Assembly: GCA_000934665.2 (NCBI GenBank)
Contig: JYFJ02001128.1
Location: 62,001 to 90,161 of the forward strand
Source of the DNA: Catajapyx aquilonaris
Lineage: Eukaryota
DNA length: 28,161 bases
Direction: 5' to 3'
This document shows positions 25,843 to 28,161 of the stretch, one piece after another. Each line of letters starts with the position of its first letter. The stretch's first letter is position 1. The position numbers and the translations under genes were made by a program. The notes beneath the pieces were generated by a model. The model made no database searches, was not told where the DNA came from, and was given only the letters and a program-made list of their open reading frames with translations.

Positions 25843-26953
25843 TCAGTTCTTTTCACAGATGACTGAAAGTTCCACAGAGCACCGGTGGTCGTTCCATTGG
25901 AAGTCTTTTCCTCCATCGTACTCCAAGCAGTTTTCAAATCCAAAGAAGCTGCTTGGTTCTCCACGTGCCCAGTCTGTATACTCGATAGGTTTTTTAGTGG
26001 GCAGCCAGTACCAAGACCCGACCTGACCTCGATCGGTGCCTCCTATGAAACTATGATACTGCACGTTCGCTGCAATTGTACGCCCCAGGATTACAGAATG
26101 AAGTTTTCATTTATCACATGCTGACGACTTACTGCTTTTAAGATAATTCTTAATGACTTCATTTTCCTCTGGCGTTTCAACAGCAAGCAGCTGTCCTCCG
26201 AGTGACCTGCAGTACAGCGACCCTTGATCCCAATTCATCTTCTCTTGCTCCCCTGAGAAATGGTAGCATCCTTTTCCAAGCGAGATGAAACTGTTTTCAC
26301 ATGTCGCACCAGGAGCTTCAGTCGCAGGAGGCGAGGTCGTCGGAACTGCAAAAATGAGAGACGTAACACCTGCTCGTAATTAGCAGCAGGACACTGACCA
26401 TTGTTGACCTTTGGTCTGATTGGATCACTCGCAGGGCATTGTTGCAACTTGCGATCCACTTGGTCCACAATCGATGCGAATTGCGGTTGATTTGCTATTG
26501 ACATCAGAGCATTTATTGCCTTGAGGACCTCGGCGCTGATTCTCCTCTCGATGCCCTGCAACAACTCGCTGATTTTGTCCATCTTCCTGAACACCGTGGG
26601 GGTGGCCACACCTTGCTGCGACCATCCTTCCACGTCACTCCTCAATTGTCGCGTAGTTTCCTGGCAACTGGCTCTCATCTGTTGCGCTGTAAGTTGAATG
26701 GCAGTTAAACACGTTGATGTCACTCGATTTCAGCAAATGTGTACTCACTGGCATTTAACAGTGTTTCGCCCACAGCTTGAGTCAATATGGGTATGAGGAA
26801 TTGTGCGACAGTGCCCCGTCGTCCAGTGTTACCTCCACGACGACCAGCCTCATCTCGCGACAATGGACCATCATCCTCCTGAGCTGACACTTCCCTGCCA
26901 CACCTACAAAGCAGCAGCAACACCAGAACCTGCTGCACCCAGAACAACTCCAT
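25843..26953 (-). CDS. Secreted C-type lectin: signal peptide, helical/coiled-coil region, P/T linker, single CTLD; 4 exons, ~310 aa
   Basis: Exons 26953-26749, 26686-26399, 26345-26133, 26069-25843 (933 nt, all phase-1 introns). CTLD motifs: CENSF..GCYHF, NWDQGSLYCRSLGGQLL, FIGGTD, WARGEPS, ENCL, WNDHRC, ICE. Confidence 0.9.
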
Positions 26954-27387
26954 CTCTCAACTAACGGTACTCTTTCTGAACAGATTATGCTAAGCACGTA
27001 TATTTGTGCTAATTGCTGCGCACCTTATCCGGCCTGTATTTTTAGCGGTGATTAATATTGTAAGCTGGAATATAGCCACTTCCTATGACCACTTCCCACA
27101 TCAATCTAGCTTGAAGGATTGCATTTTTATTGCCGTCAGGAATCTTCCGGGTCTGGAAATTCCCTCAATTATACATCGCCTGATAAAAATAATCAATTAT
27201 TGAGTACCGGATCTCTGAGCAAGTGACATTACTTGCACTTTTTGTGTCTTTATTTGCTGCCCACGTTCTGTGATTTCCTGGTCAGCGGGGACAAATCGGA
27301 CCACTTTATCTGTTTGTACATTGCATAAATTTGGATCAATTAATACTGTACATTAGTTATTCTGATATTTTTTCCAGGAGGAACTTC

Positions 27388-28062
27388 CTATGCAATTTTT
27401 CCCAAAATCCACGGCATAAATGTAGTCAAGCGAGTGTAAACCGCGTAATCTCCATCGCAACGTCCTGAAGCAATACGAGTCACAATCCCAACTTGAACGT
27501 AGGCAAATCCAGAGGTACTTATCGCCTTGTACATCAAAGGTCCTCCTGAGTCACCCTGAAAACGGATGTGATGATCCTGATTATCCGACATTGATTATTT
27601 TGCATCAAGGATCTACGAATAGAGAGGCAACATTCTCCACACCAAATGAGGGTGACTTCACAATCTTTAATTTTATGCCCTGCTGGAAACTATATTGCAA
27701 AACAGTTTACTTTGCTATTGTTCGGAGGAAATGACTTGCAATGATATGAATGGGGGGGGGGGGGGGTAATATTTTCCCATCTTATATACCTANACTTCGC
27801 AAGGGCCCTTTCCACCACTTCCAGTTCCTGCACAGAGTATTGCTTCAGTAATTCTCGGATACCTGAGTTTGCACTCTCCTTGGTTCATGCCATACACGAC
27901 AGCCTCTTCAAGTAAGAAAGCCGGTCTGCCGCCTAATTCCAAAAGAGGCTCGATGTTAATCAAAAGGTCACGGACTACATAAACGTCATCAGTGGTTTCT
28001 TCAGCTGTTATTACCTTTCCGCGTTGGTCTTCCCCATCCTGGGACAATCATGTCCTCCCCGT
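27388..28062 (-). CDS. Chymotrypsin-family (S1A) serine protease, last three exons (5'-partial)
   Basis: Exons 28062-28015 (IVPGWGR), 27932-27796 (ECK...ILCAG...GPCE) and 27555-27388 (GDSGGPLM...GIV...VYTRL...WI) join in phase. The His and Asp of the catalytic triad would lie beyond the window. An N at 27793 falls in the inferred donor site. Confidence 0.88.
27752..27766 (+). repeat. G15 homopolymer in protease intron
   Basis: 15 consecutive G. Confidence 0.85.
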
Positions 28063-28161
28063 CTAAATGGGGAACTAGCCTTCATTTTGGAAACTACATA
28101 ATAAATTCGCCCATATTTTTTGGATTTTTTTGGCATATTCCGTTTTAAGATATCAGTTCCC

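Overview
Eukaryotic genomic DNA, not prokaryotic: gene-dense, many short (~50-100 nt) spliceosomal introns, arthropod-like proteins. I assembled seven multi-exon protein-coding genes by hand with consistent splice phases: DLD (-, 3' end lies beyond the left edge), MSH5 (+, 14 exons, ~905 aa), a canonical Ras GTPase (+, 7 exons, 188 aa), glucosidase II beta/PRKCSH (-, 8 exons, ~549 aa, HDEL), Nup210/gp210 (+, 12 exons, ~1817 aa), a secreted C-type lectin (-, 4 exons, ~310 aa) and the 3' part of an S1A serine protease (-). Introns carry several small inverted-repeat elements. The clearest is a 449-bp foldback element with an 8-bp target-site duplication in Nup210 intron 2. I found no convincing new biological system. 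The most interesting points are the tight packing of meiotic MSH5 (shared promoter with DLD, no visible poly(A) signal before the Ras promoter), a strongly structured PRKCSH intron with a candidate cassette exon, a G-quadruplex and uORF upstream of Ras, and a GC-AG intron in DLD. All motif searches were by eye and no database search was run.
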